Positions 10,828 through 25,253 of a stretch of 64,000 nt of DNA are shown here, piece by piece; the stretch's first letter is position 1; each line of letters starts with the position of its first letter. The notes beneath the pieces were generated by a model. It saw only the letters and a program-made list of their open reading frames with translations, ran no database searches and was not told the DNA's origin. Both the position numbers and the translations under genes were made by a program. Source of the stretch: Octopus sinensis (taxonomy: Eukaryota); NCBI RefSeq assembly GCF_006345805.1, contig NC_042999.1, positions 154,566,001-154,630,000 on the forward strand, read 5' to 3'.

Positions 10828-11000
10828 GCGCCATGATAGATCGTTAGCCACTACACACATTTTGTTCTCTCCTTGTTTTTTCTGAGTACCTTTCTGTAGA
10901 AGAGCGTAGGGTCAAAACGTAAAAGACTTTTTCAATTCCTGAGCGCTATACTAATACATCTGTTTGTTTTGTGCACCACCCGTCTTCGTCTTTTATTTTT
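10828..11000 (+). mobile_element. Penelope-like terminal-repeat fragment with degenerate hammerhead motif
   Basis: Homologous to 46955-47170; CTGTAGA-A-GAGC-GTAG-GGTC-AAAACGTA; flanked by (TA)n. Confidence 0.55.
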
Positions 11001-11034
11001 TCGTAAACTTCCCTTTATATATATATATATAATA

Positions 11035-11066
<32 letters not shown>

Positions 11067-11291
11067 GCATACATACATACATACATACATATATATACAT
11101 AACACACATATATATATATATATGTATGTATGTATGTATGTATATATATATATATATAATATATATATTATATATATATATATATATATTATATAATATA
11201 TATATATATTATATATATATACGTATAATTGAGGATATTATCATTAAAATGATTGTATCAGTGGCTAGCGTAAAAAGACCACCATATATAT

Positions 11292-11325
<34 letters not shown>

Positions 11326-11497
11326 CAAATTGAGATAGGGGTTGTAAATGCAACCCTCCATGGGATAACATATATCCAATATACTGCTAGTGAAGTACCC
11401 AACAAAGTTAATACATAAATGTTAATGATTGCGATGCAATTAATTCATTTACTGTATTATATGGGCAAAGGTAAAATGATTTACCACAAATTACTAA

Positions 11498-11999
<502 letters not shown>

Positions 12000-12772
12000 G
12001 GCTTCTTCACACGCCGTGGTCTCACAGCACACTGAACATTAACCCTGAGGTTAGAAGTCCCAATTTATTGCCTGATAGGCTTTTAACTTACATAGGGTTT
12101 ATAGCAGTCTATGCTGTGATTCGAACTTAGAATCTTTTGGTTTCCAAACTTTAAAAGTTGAAGCCGGTATTTTGCCTCGTCAGCAAAAATGTGACTAATG
12201 GTTTCCTAGGATTTTGGAAACCTGGTCAAGAAAACTCTCGTGTATGATGACGTCAAAAAAAAATCTAACCAATGGCGTTCAACAGCTTACCAGCGAAAGT
12301 TCAAACGAATCGAAAATTGTTGGTTTAAAAATCAGTCAACCTTTGATTACACTTGCACAAAGAGTAGCGGACAACATGCTGGGAAACAGAGTCAGACGAA
12401 TACAGTCACAGACTTGATCGGGTCAGTGATCAATAAGCAGCGAACTGATACCGGGATGCAAGATGTTAACAAGTAATGACATTAAGCTGGTAAATAATAG
12501 GGTTGTGAGCGTAGAAGCATGGCTGCAAACGAAATTCTTTGCCTATCTGATATTACCGCCAAAATGCTACCAGAACTTCAGTCATGCAAATAATTTCTGT
12601 TCTGTTTTAACAACCTGACTATGAACAAAATGTGAACGCCACGCTAGTCGATAAACTGTTGATAAACTGGAGTGGTTACCACTCCAGTTTATCAACATTC
12701 ATCACCTCACGGAAAAATCCCAACAAGTTCATTGTTGTTTTATAACGCATTAGTTTTGTCCTGCAGGGTTTA

Positions 12773-13167
12773 TATTGTGTTGTCCGGAAAGTTCGTGCCA
12801 ATTTTTAAAGGAAAGAAAAGGGTCAATAAATACTTGCCATTACATTTCTAATCAACCAAATATGAACCATTTTGTTGCACAATGCGTCTCCATCTTTCCT
12901 TCAACTTGAAAATACCCTCTTCCCAGAATTGAGGTGGTTTTATGGCAAAGAATTCATCAAGGTATCTTTTTACGTCATCCAAGGAATTGAAATTTTTACC
13001 ATTAAGATTATTCTGCAGAGACCTGAATACGTGGAAATCCGAAGGAGCAAAATATGGTGAATATGGAGGGTGGAGTAACACATCCCAGCCGAGCTGCAGC
13101 GATTTTTGTCTGCTTCCGAAAGCATCAAGTGCCGAAAATGAACTTTCTTATCTTCCATTTTAAAGGG
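12773..13167 (-). mobile_element. Internally deleted mariner element
   Basis: TIR TATTGTGTTGTCCGGAAAGTTCGTGCC; N-terminal MEDKKVHFRHLML fused to C-terminal LLHPPYSPYFAPSDFHVFRSLQN...LKERWRRIVQQNGSYLVD. Confidence 0.9.
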
Positions 13168-13445
13168 CCAGTGGTTAGAGCGTCGAGCTTACGACCGTGA
13201 GCAAGACACTTTATTTCCCGTTGCTCCAGTTCACTCAGCTGTAGAAATGAGTTGCGACGTCACTGATGCCAAGCTGTATCGGCCCCTTTACCCTTCCTTT
13301 GGATGACATCGGCTGTGTGGAGAGGGGAGGCCGGTATGCGTGGGCGACTGCTGGTCTTCCATAAGCAACCTTACCCGGACTTGTGCCTCAGAGGGTAACT
13401 TCCTAGGTGCAATCCCAGTGTCATTCATGGCCGAAGGGGTCTCCG
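13168..13445 (+). mobile_element. SINE family D with a distinct 3' tail
   Basis: CAGTGGTTAGAGCG head, GAGCAAGACACTTTATTTC...GCTCCAGTTCACTCAGCTG core. Confidence 0.65.
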
Positions 13446-14224
13446 CAATCTAGAAATCCTTAAAACTACAATATTCGTTTTGAGAAAGCTTCTCGTGTAG
13501 ACGTTTGTAATCAATGTATATTAGCAGACGATGATTAAATTTTATTTATTAATGTAAACCAGAGATTTTGAGCAATTTACCATAATTACCTCGTAAAACA
13601 CCCTTGCTTAGTTTGTATTTTCAACCTTCAACATTTAGGTTGGATCGAAACTTTTGTTTGTAGATTCTATCTAAAAGAGACACACGTTATTCTTATACAA
13701 TGGCAGACGTTAGCGACCTTTTAAAGATGTCAAAATCAACAAGTAATCAAGCAAATTGTTACGTTGTTAAATCATTATATTATCAGGTTCACAACAGAGA
13801 GAGAGGAGGAGGTGAAAATAAGGAGGGAGAGACACAGACAAGCACAGAGGGAAACAGTCAAACATACACGCATGCACATACTGAGAGACAGACAGAGAAG
13901 ACATAGACTGATACTGAGAGAGAGAGGTGGGGAGAGCGAGTGAGAAAGAGAACTGGATGTGTTAGCAAAACTGGAATGTTACAAATAAATGAACCTTCTA
14001 ATGAAATACAAAAGTTAGAATCTGTATTACAGTCCTGAGATATGTAATTATGTCACGTGGTCATATCAGCAGACTGGTTGCTGGAAAGCTTCGCTTGTTT
14101 TTATTACAACCTTGGCTTCTAGTCTACTACTTTCATTGCTGCTGCTGCTGCTGCTGCAATAGGCAAGTTCATGGCTAACATAGTGGGGTGAGACAAGATA
14201 ATTTTTTGATTAAAATTTAACATA

Positions 14225-15323
14225 TATTTCTTTATTGCTCACAAGGGACTAAACATAGAAGAGACAAACAAAGACAGACAAAGGGGTTAAGTCGATTACG
14301 TCGACCCCAGTGCGTAACTGGTACTTTATTTATCGACCCCGAAAGGATGAAAGGCAAAGTCGACCTCGGCGGAATTTGAACTCAGAACGTAACGGCAGAG
14401 GAAATACCGCTAAGCATTCGCCCGGCGTGCTAACGTTCTGCCAGCTCGCCGCCTGGCGCAGTAGTGGCTGTGTGGTAAGTAGTTTGCTTACCAGCCACAT
14501 GGTTCCGGGTTCAGTCCCACTGCGTGACACCTTGGGCAAGTGTCTTCTACTTATAGCCTCGGGCCAACCAAAGCCTTGTGAGTGGATTTGGTAGACGGAA
14601 ACTGAAAGAAGCCTGTCGTGTATATGTATATATGTGTTTGTTTGTGTCTGTGTTTGTCCCCCCAACATCGCCTGACAACCGATGGTGGTGTGTTTACGTC
14701 CCCGTAACTTATCGGTCGGCAAAAGAGACCGATATAATAAGTACTAGGCTTCCAAAGAATAAGTCCTGGGGTCGATTTGCTCGACTAAAGGCAGTAGCCG
14801 TATTTCATCTGGCGTTACGTTCTGAGTTCAAATTCCGCCGAGATCGACTTTGCCTTTCATCCTTTCGGGGTCGATTAATTAAGTGCCAGTTACGCACTGG
14901 GGTCGATATAATCGACTTAATCCCTTTGTCTGTCCTTGTTTGTCCCCTCTATGTTTAGCCCCTTGTGGGTAGTAACGAAATAGGTATTTCATCCGTCTTT
15001 TACGTTCTGAGTTCAAATTCCACCGAGATCGGCTTTGCCTTTCATCTTTTCGGGGTCGATAAATGAAGTACCAGTTGAACACTGGAGTCCATAAAATCGA
15101 CTAGTCCTCTCCTCCAAAATTGCTGCCCTTGTGGCAAAATTTGAAACTAGGCGCAGGAGTGGCTGTGTGGTAAGTAGCTTGTTTACCATCCACATGGTTC
15201 TGGGTTCAGTCCCACTGCGTGGCATCTTGGGCAAGTGTCTTCTGCTATAGCCTCGGGCCGACCGAAGCCTTGTGAGTGGATTTGGTAGACGGAAACTGAA
15301 AGAACCTGTCGTATATATATGTC

Positions 15324-15411
<88 letters not shown>

Positions 15412-15620
15412 TTGTGTGTCTGTTTGTCCCCCTAGCATTGCTTGACAACCGATGCTGGTGTGTTTACGTCCCCGTCACTTAGCGGTTCGGCAAAAGAGAC
15501 CGATAGAATAAGTACTGGGCTTCCAAAGAATAAGTCCCGGGGTCGATTTGCTCGACTAAATGCGGTGCTCCAGCAAAGCCGCAGTCAAATGAATGAAACA
15601 AGTAAAAGAGTAAAGAGTAG
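14225..15620. mobile_element. SINE cluster: B(-) 14225-14453, A(+) 14455-14792, B dimer(+) 14798-15148, A(+) 15150-15620
   Basis: Family motifs abut one another with almost no unique DNA between them. Confidence 0.85.
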
Positions 15621-15674
15621 TATTGTTGTTGTTGTTGATGCTGATGCTTTAAATGTTGTTGGTATTGTTATTCA

Positions 15675-16148
15675 GGTGGCGAGCAAGCAGAAACATTAGC
15701 ACACCGGGAAAACAGCTCAGCGTATTTCGTCCGGCTTTTACATTTTGAGTTCACATTCCGCCGAGGTCGACCTTGCCTTCCATCCTTTCAGGGTCGATAA
15801 ATTAAGTACCTATTTCTTTATTACCCACAAGGGGCTAAACACAGAGCGGACAAACAAGGACAGACATAGGTATTAAGTCGATTACATCGACTCCAGTGCG
15901 TAACTGGTACTTAATTTATCGATCCCGAAAGGATGAAAGGCAAAGTCGACCTCGGCGGAATTTGAACTCACAACGTAACGCAGACGAAATACCGCTAAGC
16001 ATTTCGCCCGGCGTGCTAACGTTTCTGCCAGCTCGCCGCCTTAATTAAGTACGATACATTAAGTACCAGTCATGTATTGTGGTCGATGTGATCGACCTAC
16101 CCCGTCCCCCAAAAATTTCTGGACTTGTGCCTAGAGTAGAAAAGAATA
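15675..16148. mobile_element. SINE B(-) (15810-16041) inserted inside SINE B(+)
   Basis: TSD AATTAAGTAC at 15800-15809 and 16043-16052; the host copy resumes after the insert. Confidence 0.8.
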
Positions 16149-16554
16149 TTTAGTAGTTTCAGGCAAACTTCTACCGCATCACCAGCTTCACCTCTGTGTT
16201 GCTAGGATGTGTGCAGCATTGTATTTTTTTGTTATTCGAAATGTGCAGATTCTTCCTTGTATTGTATTGCGTCAGTTTCTATTTTTATGAGGTGTAGTGC
16301 AGTCTTCTGTTGTATTAGTGTTTGTATTGTGTAATGCGTTGGGTAATTGTCCTTCTAGTGGTAGTTTATTTCATTGGATATTTGATGTATAGAACGTGTC
16401 GTGTGTTTGTGGATTGCTTTGTTTAAGTTGTATTATTGAATTGATAGAGTCTTGCGGAGGATGTGGGCTGTTACTAGTAGTAGTTTTATTTTTACTACGT
16501 GCTTTTACTTCACTACCGATTGGAGCTCTGTGTGCCTTGAGTATGTGCTGTGAT

Positions 16555-17168
16555 TTGTTTTAGTGTTGTTATTTATACTCGCGGATCAACGGAACAGCCT
16601 GCTCGTGAAATTAACGAGCAAGTGGTTGAGCACACCACAGACACGAATACCCTTAATGTAGTTCTCGGGGAGATTATGCGTGACACAGAGTGTGACATGG
16701 CTGGCCCTTTGAAATACAGGTACAACAGAAGCAGGAAGAAAGAGTGAGAGAAAGTTGTGGTGAAAGAGTACAGCAGGGTTTGCCACCACCAACCCTGCCG
16801 GAGCCTCGTGGAGTTCTAGGTATTTTCGTTCAATAAACACTCACAACGCCCTGAGTGGGAATCGAAACCGCGATCCTACGACCTCGAGTCCACTACCCTA
16901 ATCAGTGGGCCATTGTGCCTCCACTATTTATACTATATATTTCTTTATTGCCCACAAGGGGCTAAACATAGAGAGGACAAACAAGGACAGACAAACGGAT
17001 TAAGTCGATTACATCGACCCCTGTGCGAAACTGGTACTTTTATTTATCGACCCCGAAAGGATGAAAGGCAAAGTCGACCTCGGCGGAATTTGAACTCAGA
17101 ACGTAACGACAGACGAAATACCGCTAAGCATTCCGCCCGGTGCGCTAACGTGTCTGCCAGCTCGCCAC
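16555..17168 (-). mobile_element. SINE family C (16555-16925) and SINE B (16940-17168)
   Basis: C head TGGCCCACTGATTAGGGTAGTGGACTCG... on the minus strand; body shared with 40468, 42560 and 45951. Confidence 0.85.
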
Positions 17169-17734
17169 TATATTGAAAGTGTTCTACATATGATGCGAGT
17201 GGTGCCTAACCTTGCTATTTTCAATGTGTCATATATATTCGTAAGTTGGAGTTTTTCTGTAGACTTTTTTATCACCTATTATTATAGAGATTGCTTCTGC
17301 ATTCAGGTTCTAGATTCGCGATATCTCTATTTCCAGGTGTTTCTCCATTTCTTTTATAAATACATTGTCATCTATTGGAATTAATACGTCGATCAGAAAG
17401 CATTTTATTTCCTTAATGGTCTTTAACAACAATATCTGGCCGATTAACCCTGATCTTCCTATCTGTGTGTTTTGCTATATTTCAGAGTATGGCTGCTTTT
17501 ATTGGCTATGCTTTCATTTAATGGTTGTTTAACTCAAATATTCTGTGAATATTCTGTTTATATTTCATTTTTGTATTTAGTTTGCAAGATTATTGATGTG
17601 AAACTGGCATAATGACTCTTTTTCCCAAGTTACGACAAAATTCTGCGAATGTTTAGCATAGATATCTTATTTTCTTCTTGTCTCAAACATAAGACTGCGG
17701 TCATTCTGGGCCAGAATTTTTAGCCAAATGAATC

Positions 17735-18600
<866 letters not shown>

Positions 18601-18823
18601 TATCCAACTACCTCAAAAAGTATTACCGTTTTTGTTCTAGTTTTCATTACAGAACTAACCTAATTCCGTTCACTGGGTGGTCCTAAACGGATTGTCAGAA
18701 ACAGAACTACGATTTAAATCATTCTTTCTTGAACCCAGAGACAGCCAGAAATAATTTCTGACATTTTTGTATAGATGCTGACAGTTCTAAAATATAGCTG
18801 ACATTTTTAGAGACCATCGGTCA

Positions 18824-19207
18824 TCTCTCTCTATATAAACGGCAGTTTGTCTGTGCGTGTTTCTGTGTGTCTGTTTGCTTGTACCCTCACCCTGACCACG
18901 GCTTTCAACCGATTCTGATGAAACTTGACACACACATAGCCCAATGTCATAATTCAAAACTAACGCAGCGAAAATTTTGAAAAGTTCCCCCAGTTCTGAA
19001 AAAAATCGATAAATTCGACATGGGGTCGAGAATCAGAAACACAAACCACAGACTGTCTAGGGGACGCAACTCGACCTTTTTTAACTCTCAAAAAAAATTT
19101 ACCATTATTTTTTTTCCATTTTTTGCTATTTTTTGGCTATAACTCTCTAAAAATGCTTTATAGTTATTTCCCTTACAAACCTGTGCAACGCCGGGCGATA
19201 CTGCTAG
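18824..19207 (+). mobile_element. Non-autonomous Helitron
   Basis: A|TC 5' end, subterminal GC hairpin, CTAG|T 3' end; homologous to 24450-24991. Confidence 0.8.
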
Positions 19208-19469
19208 TAAAGTTATATAATACAATAACGCAGGCGTCTTTAAATGTTACCATCTCATTCGTGTATGAGATATTTACGTTCAGTTTTATTGAATATTTAT
19301 TTTATGTCACCATTGACGAAAGTAATACTGTTGTTGTTGGTGGTGTTATTGTTGTTGTTGCTGTTGGCAGTGACAGATTCCGAACAGATCGATCACTGGG
19401 TCACTATATATGTATAATCAAAGATAACGTGTCTAGTTTCGGTACAGAATAAATATCAACAGGAGACTA

Positions 19470-19920
19470 AAAAGCAATGAATGTGTGTGTGCGTGTGTGT
19501 GTATACGTGTGTGTGTGTGTGTACATGTGTATGTATCTGTGTGCATGTGTATGTATGCATACATGTGTGTGCATACGTGTGTGTGCATACGTGTGTGTGC
19601 ATACGTGTGTGTGCATACGTGCGTGTGCATTCGTGTGTGTGCATACGTGTGTGTGCATTCGTGTGTGTGCATACGTGTGTGTGCATACGTGTGTGTGTGT
19701 GTATCTGTGTGTATATATATATATATACATGTGTGTGTATATGTGTGTGTATGTTTGTATAAGTGTGTGTATCTGTGTATACGTGTGTGTGGGTATACGT
19801 GTGTGTGTGTGTATCTGTGTGTATACATTTATACGTGCGTGTGTACACATGTGAGTGTATGTATACGTGTGTGTATACGTGTGTGTACGTATACTTGTGT
19901 GTGTGCGTGCTTGTGTGTGC
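19470..19920. repeat. GT-rich minisatellite (unit ~GTGTGTGCATAC)
   Basis: Direct reading. Confidence 0.9.
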
Positions 19921-20024
19921 TGACTCATCTGCACGTCACTAAAGGTTTCGTAGACTCGTGAAACTTTAAGTAATGTGGGGCTGAGTCAATTTGCTAGTAA
20001 AAATTACGACTCAAACTGTGTTGA

Positions 20025-20510
20025 GTCCTCCTCTCTCTCTCCCGCTTTCACTCTCTCCCTCTCTTTCTTTCTCTCTCCCTCTCTCTCTTTCTCTCCTCTA
20101 TGGCTCTCTCCTATCTTTCTCTCTCCCCTCTTTTTCTTTCTCTCCTCCCTTCTCTCTTTTCTCTCCCTCTCTCTCTTTTTCTCTCTCCTCCCTCTCTCCA
20201 CCTCTTTCTCTGTCTCCTCTCTCTCTCCCTCTCCCTCTCCCTCGTTCTTTCTGTCTCCCTCTCTCTCCTCTCTCTCTCCCTCCTATCTCTTCCCTCTCTC
20301 TTTCTCTCTCCCCTTTCTTTCTTTCTTTCTTTCACCCCTCTCCTCCTCTGTCTTTCTTTCACCCTCTCCCCCTATCTCTTTCTCTCTCCCCTCTCTCTCT
20401 TTTTCTCTCTCCTCCTTCTCTCCCTGTCTCCCCTCTCTCTTTCATTCTCTCTCCATCTTTCTCTCTCGCCGCCCTCTCTCTCTCCCTCTTTCTCTCTCTT
20501 TCTCTCTCTG
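20025..20510. repeat. Degenerate (CT)n polypyrimidine tract, ~480 bp
   Basis: Almost exclusively C/T on the plus strand. Confidence 0.95.
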
Positions 20511-21449
20511 TAAATAGCTTTCTTTGCAAGCCATAAACAGTCAGTAGGTATACTCTTTACCCTTTTACTCTCTTTTACTCGTTTCAGTCATTTGTCTGCG
20601 GCCATGCTGGAGCACCGCCATTTAGTCGAACAAATCGACACCATGACTCATTCTATAAGATATATAGAATGCTGTGTGTGTACGAGTGTGTATGTCTGTG
20701 TGCACGCGCGCGTACATATAACGCACTCTTCTGTTATTAGTGGTATCAACAAAAACAATCCAATGAGAGATAAATATCATTTATAAACCTATATATCACT
20801 TATTAAATGATACACACACAGCTATATATATATATATGTATGTATATAGGTGAGAGAGTTCGTATGTGAAAGCACGTCGTTGGATGTATAAAAGACAAAA
20901 AAGAGTGAAAAAAACTGCAGAAGGCTTGTGTTATATGGTTAAAGAAAATATTTAAATCGTTATGTTAGAAAAATGTTATAAAATGTTGCGTATAGTAACA
21001 TAGTTTTGGAGAATTAACCGGTTTAGTATTTTCTTTTCAAATTTCTCAAATTTCTTTACCTATAGTGTCATGTTTTCGCTATGTTGTGAAATATGGAGTT
21101 CCAGGCAGGGAAAGGTAATCAGGGATATTTTCCGGTGAAAGGGAGATAATCAAACATGTTGAGAATGACTAGGCTTGATTAATTTAACATGATTTGGTTT
21201 AGAAGGAATAGAATGTTACAAGGGGTTAGGTTTTGCATTATATTTTTTTTCAATGAGGTGAGTTTCCTTATTTAAAAGTGTAAGAAATGGTTAAGTTTTG
21301 GCTTATATTTTTCAATGAAGAAGGTTTCCTTATTTAATCTAACTTGTGTTAGTGTTCCAATGGCACATTGATAGAATGGAAAGATTATAAATTGTGGAAG
21401 CAGTTATATATATATATATATAAACTGCTACCACAATTTATAATCTTTC

Positions 21450-21488
<39 letters not shown>

Positions 21489-22329
21489 CATACATAGAGA
21501 GAAAATGAAATCATCAAATGAATTAATAAATTTGCCATATAGAAATATGAAATAATTTATTGTAAAATTCAAGTCGACTGGGGCTTGAAGTTTTCAATAA
21601 ATGATTTCATATTTTTATGTTGTAAATACATTCAATGACTTCTCTCTCGCCCTCTCTGCATATACATATGTATATATAGCACAAACATACACACATACAC
21701 ATACACATACACAAACATATTCACACACGCATGCACATACACACACACATACACACGCACACACATACGCACACGCATACACATACACACATACGCACGC
21801 ATACATACACGTTACAGGGTGAACAACACGAACTTTAATATAAAATTTTATTGTACTCTTAATATTGACTCCCCACCACCCCCAATCAACCATAAATGTC
21901 CCATTGTTACTCTTAAACTAGATTTAAAATAATTACTGTTTTTTGTAGCATTTAATTTGAACAATAAACTACTGACGAAATGAAAATAAAATTAGCTTTG
22001 GAAAATATTGTTTTGAACTTTTCTTGAATTCCAAAATATATTGCTCGTAATTTCAAACAGGAAACAGTTCATTTAAACAGAAAAAGAAAACATACAAACA
22101 TCTCATAGCTTCGGGGAAGAAGACAATCAAGCGTTGAGTTGTCGTTCATTCGTACTTTCTAGAAAATCGAAAACAATGTTGTGATAAACATTCACTAATA
22201 TAATTTTATTTTAGTAAGCCAACGAGGTAACGCCGTTAATAGGAAGGTTTAAGAAGGTAGAGGAGGAGGGAGAGATAAACTAAATTGAAATAAAATAAAA
22301 ACAAGATAAAAATGAAGCAAAAAGTAGAA

Positions 22330-22595
22330 CAGTAATCCTAAGCCATATCGTGGTTCACCTATCGCGGTTCACCTATCGCGGTTCACCTGTCGAATTTCAC
22401 CTATCGCGATTTATCATTTAAGCTTACGTAGGTTCCTCCGTAGTGGTGTTTTGCATTTATAATAAAATAAATATATACAAATTATAGCATTAATTTTTTT
22501 TAAATATACAGTACAGTACTGTTTCTTCTTCGCGAATTTTCACCTATCGCGGGGCGTATTGGAGCGTAACACGCGCGATAGTCGAGGGATTACTG
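22330..22595. mobile_element. pogo/Tigger-type MITE
   Basis: CAGTAATCC left end; CGCGATAGTCGAGGGATTACTG|TA right end; internal GGTTCACCTATCGC repeats. Confidence 0.75.
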
Positions 22596-23076
22596 TAGTG
22601 TACAAGGAAGTAAGAGGAGGTTTAATTTTCATGATAGATTTAGAGATGTAAAGGTTTTAAAGGTTCATGCATGTATGAGATTAAGAAATAGAGCTAGATT
22701 AAGACCCTAAGCACTAAAAAGATTTTGATGCCCCCATATATACGTAATTCAACATGTAAACAATAATATACCATAAAATATAGTTTATTTTTCATAATGA
22801 AACAAAACTAACGGTAAGTTGGATAACAATGCTTCTTTTTATATACTTCCACTTTATATTTAAAAAGCTTTCTTTTACCTTTTTAATTGCAAAATCTTTG
22901 ATGAGATTCTCAAAATTATCTTGCGTAACACATTTGCTTCTATATTTACAAGATATAAGACATTCCGAATATTATTTTAGCAAGTCTAAAAGTGATTACT
23001 TTTGTGCCGTAAACCATTTACTATTTCTGTGGTAGACACCGCCACTTCGCTTGACGTCCTAAGCACGTGCTTATCA

Positions 23077-23674
23077 AGGCGGCGAGTTGGCAGAAACGTT
23101 AGCACGCCGGGCAAAATTCTTACGAGTATTTCGTCTGCCGTTACGTTCTGAGTTCAAATTCTCCCGAGGTCGACTTTCATCCTTTCGGGGTCGATTAAAT
23201 AAGTACCAGTTACGCAATGGAGTCGATGTAATCGATTTAATCCGTTTGTCTGTTCTTGCTTGTCCCCTCTGTGTTTAGACCCTTGTAGATAGTAAAGAAA
23301 TAGGTATTTCGTCTGCCGCTACGTTCTGAGTTCAAATTCCGCCGAGGTCGATTTTGCCTTTCATCCTTTCGGGGTCGATTAAATATCTACCAGTTACACA
23401 CTGGGGTCGATATGATCGACTTAATCCATTTGTCTGCCCTTGTTTGTCCTCTGTGTTTACGCCCTTGTGGGTAGTAAAAAAATAGGTATTTCGTCTGCCG
23501 TTACGTTCTGAGTTCAAATTCCGCCGAGGTCGACTTTGCCTTTCATCCATTTGGGGGTCCATAAATTAAGTACCAGTTACGTACTGGGGTCAATGTACTC
23601 GATTTAATCCATTTGTCTGTCCTTGTTTGTCCCCTCTGTGTTTGGCCCCTTGTGGGCAATAAAGAAATAAGAAA
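23077..23674 (+). mobile_element. SINE B trimer (one head plus three ~182-bp bodies) inside one 16-bp TSD
   Basis: TSD TAAGCACGTGCTTATC at 23060-23075 and 23675-23690. Confidence 0.9.
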
Positions 23675-24449
23675 TAAGCACGTGCTTATCTTGCTTAACG
23701 TCTAATCTTGTGTTGTTAAGGATAAATAAAAGGTTCATGGATATGAAAGTAGATATAAATATAGATGGGTAGATAAATAAGTAGACGGAATAACAAATAT
23801 TTGTTTCCTTTATCTATTAAATATTTCATAGATTAAGCATGCTGATGCCTATTTTCCTTTTGTTTGTCATGTGGAGGCTATCGCTTAATTATTTAATTTC
23901 CTAACAATTCCATCATTTTCTTTTCTGTGCCAACAGATACACGTATCTTACGAATTCGTATACTACAGCGTCAACAAATGATATCGAGACTACAAGTTTA
24001 GCGATAATACAAAAATAGCTACAGTACACAAAAAAAATAAGACAGAGTCGTTTTGTTTTCCTGTCATGTCAGGAAAACAAAACGAATGATAACCGCACTC
24101 AAAATATACCAGCCCCAAGGCGACACGCAAACATTGTATTTAACACGAATATAAAGAAAAAATAAGGTCTTCTTCGACAAGAAAATTTATAAAATACCTA
24201 TTGTATTTCTGGTAATGAATCAATAATGGACGGAATACTCCACAGATTTAACAGCATTTGGGGGAGAATATAAAATCCTACAAAACTGTATTCGAATTTC
24301 AGTGTGTGCATCTGTTTGTGTGTATGTGTGTGTATCTGTTTGTGTGTATGTATGTGTATCTGTTTGTGTGTATGTATGTGCATCTGTTTGTGTGTATGTT
24401 TGTGCATATGTATTACGCGTGTAACTGTAAGTGTATATCTATCTAACTA

Positions 24450-24991
<542 letters not shown>

Positions 24992-25016
24992 TATATATAT
25001 ATATATATATATATAC

Positions 25017-25253
25017 TCAAAATAAGCAACAAGAATATCTTCGGTAATTTGGTACGATCGTTTCACGCTAGATCATTTTATTAAACATTTCAAGTATTAC
25101 AACAGTTTTAAAATGTTGTTGGAAAACCTCTATAAATGACTGACGATTGCTCAACATTTTAAAACTGTGGTAATACTTGCAATGTTTAATAAAATGATGT
25201 AGCGTGAAACGATCGTACCAAATTACCGAAGATATTCTTGTTGCTTATTTTGA
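25017..25253. repeat. Inverted repeat, 102-bp arms, 33-bp spacer
   Basis: 25017-25118 vs 25152-25253, about four mismatches. Confidence 0.9.

Noticed and set aside
13664-13742. Isolated candidate exons with plausible splice signals (also 23937+, 27550+, 37754+, 2170-, ~6600-6700-)
   Set aside because: Short, no recognisable homology, and cannot be chained into a consistent gene model without RNA data
19975-20536. Ser/Leu-rich and Arg/Glu-rich ORFs
   Set aside because: Products of the (CT)n tract
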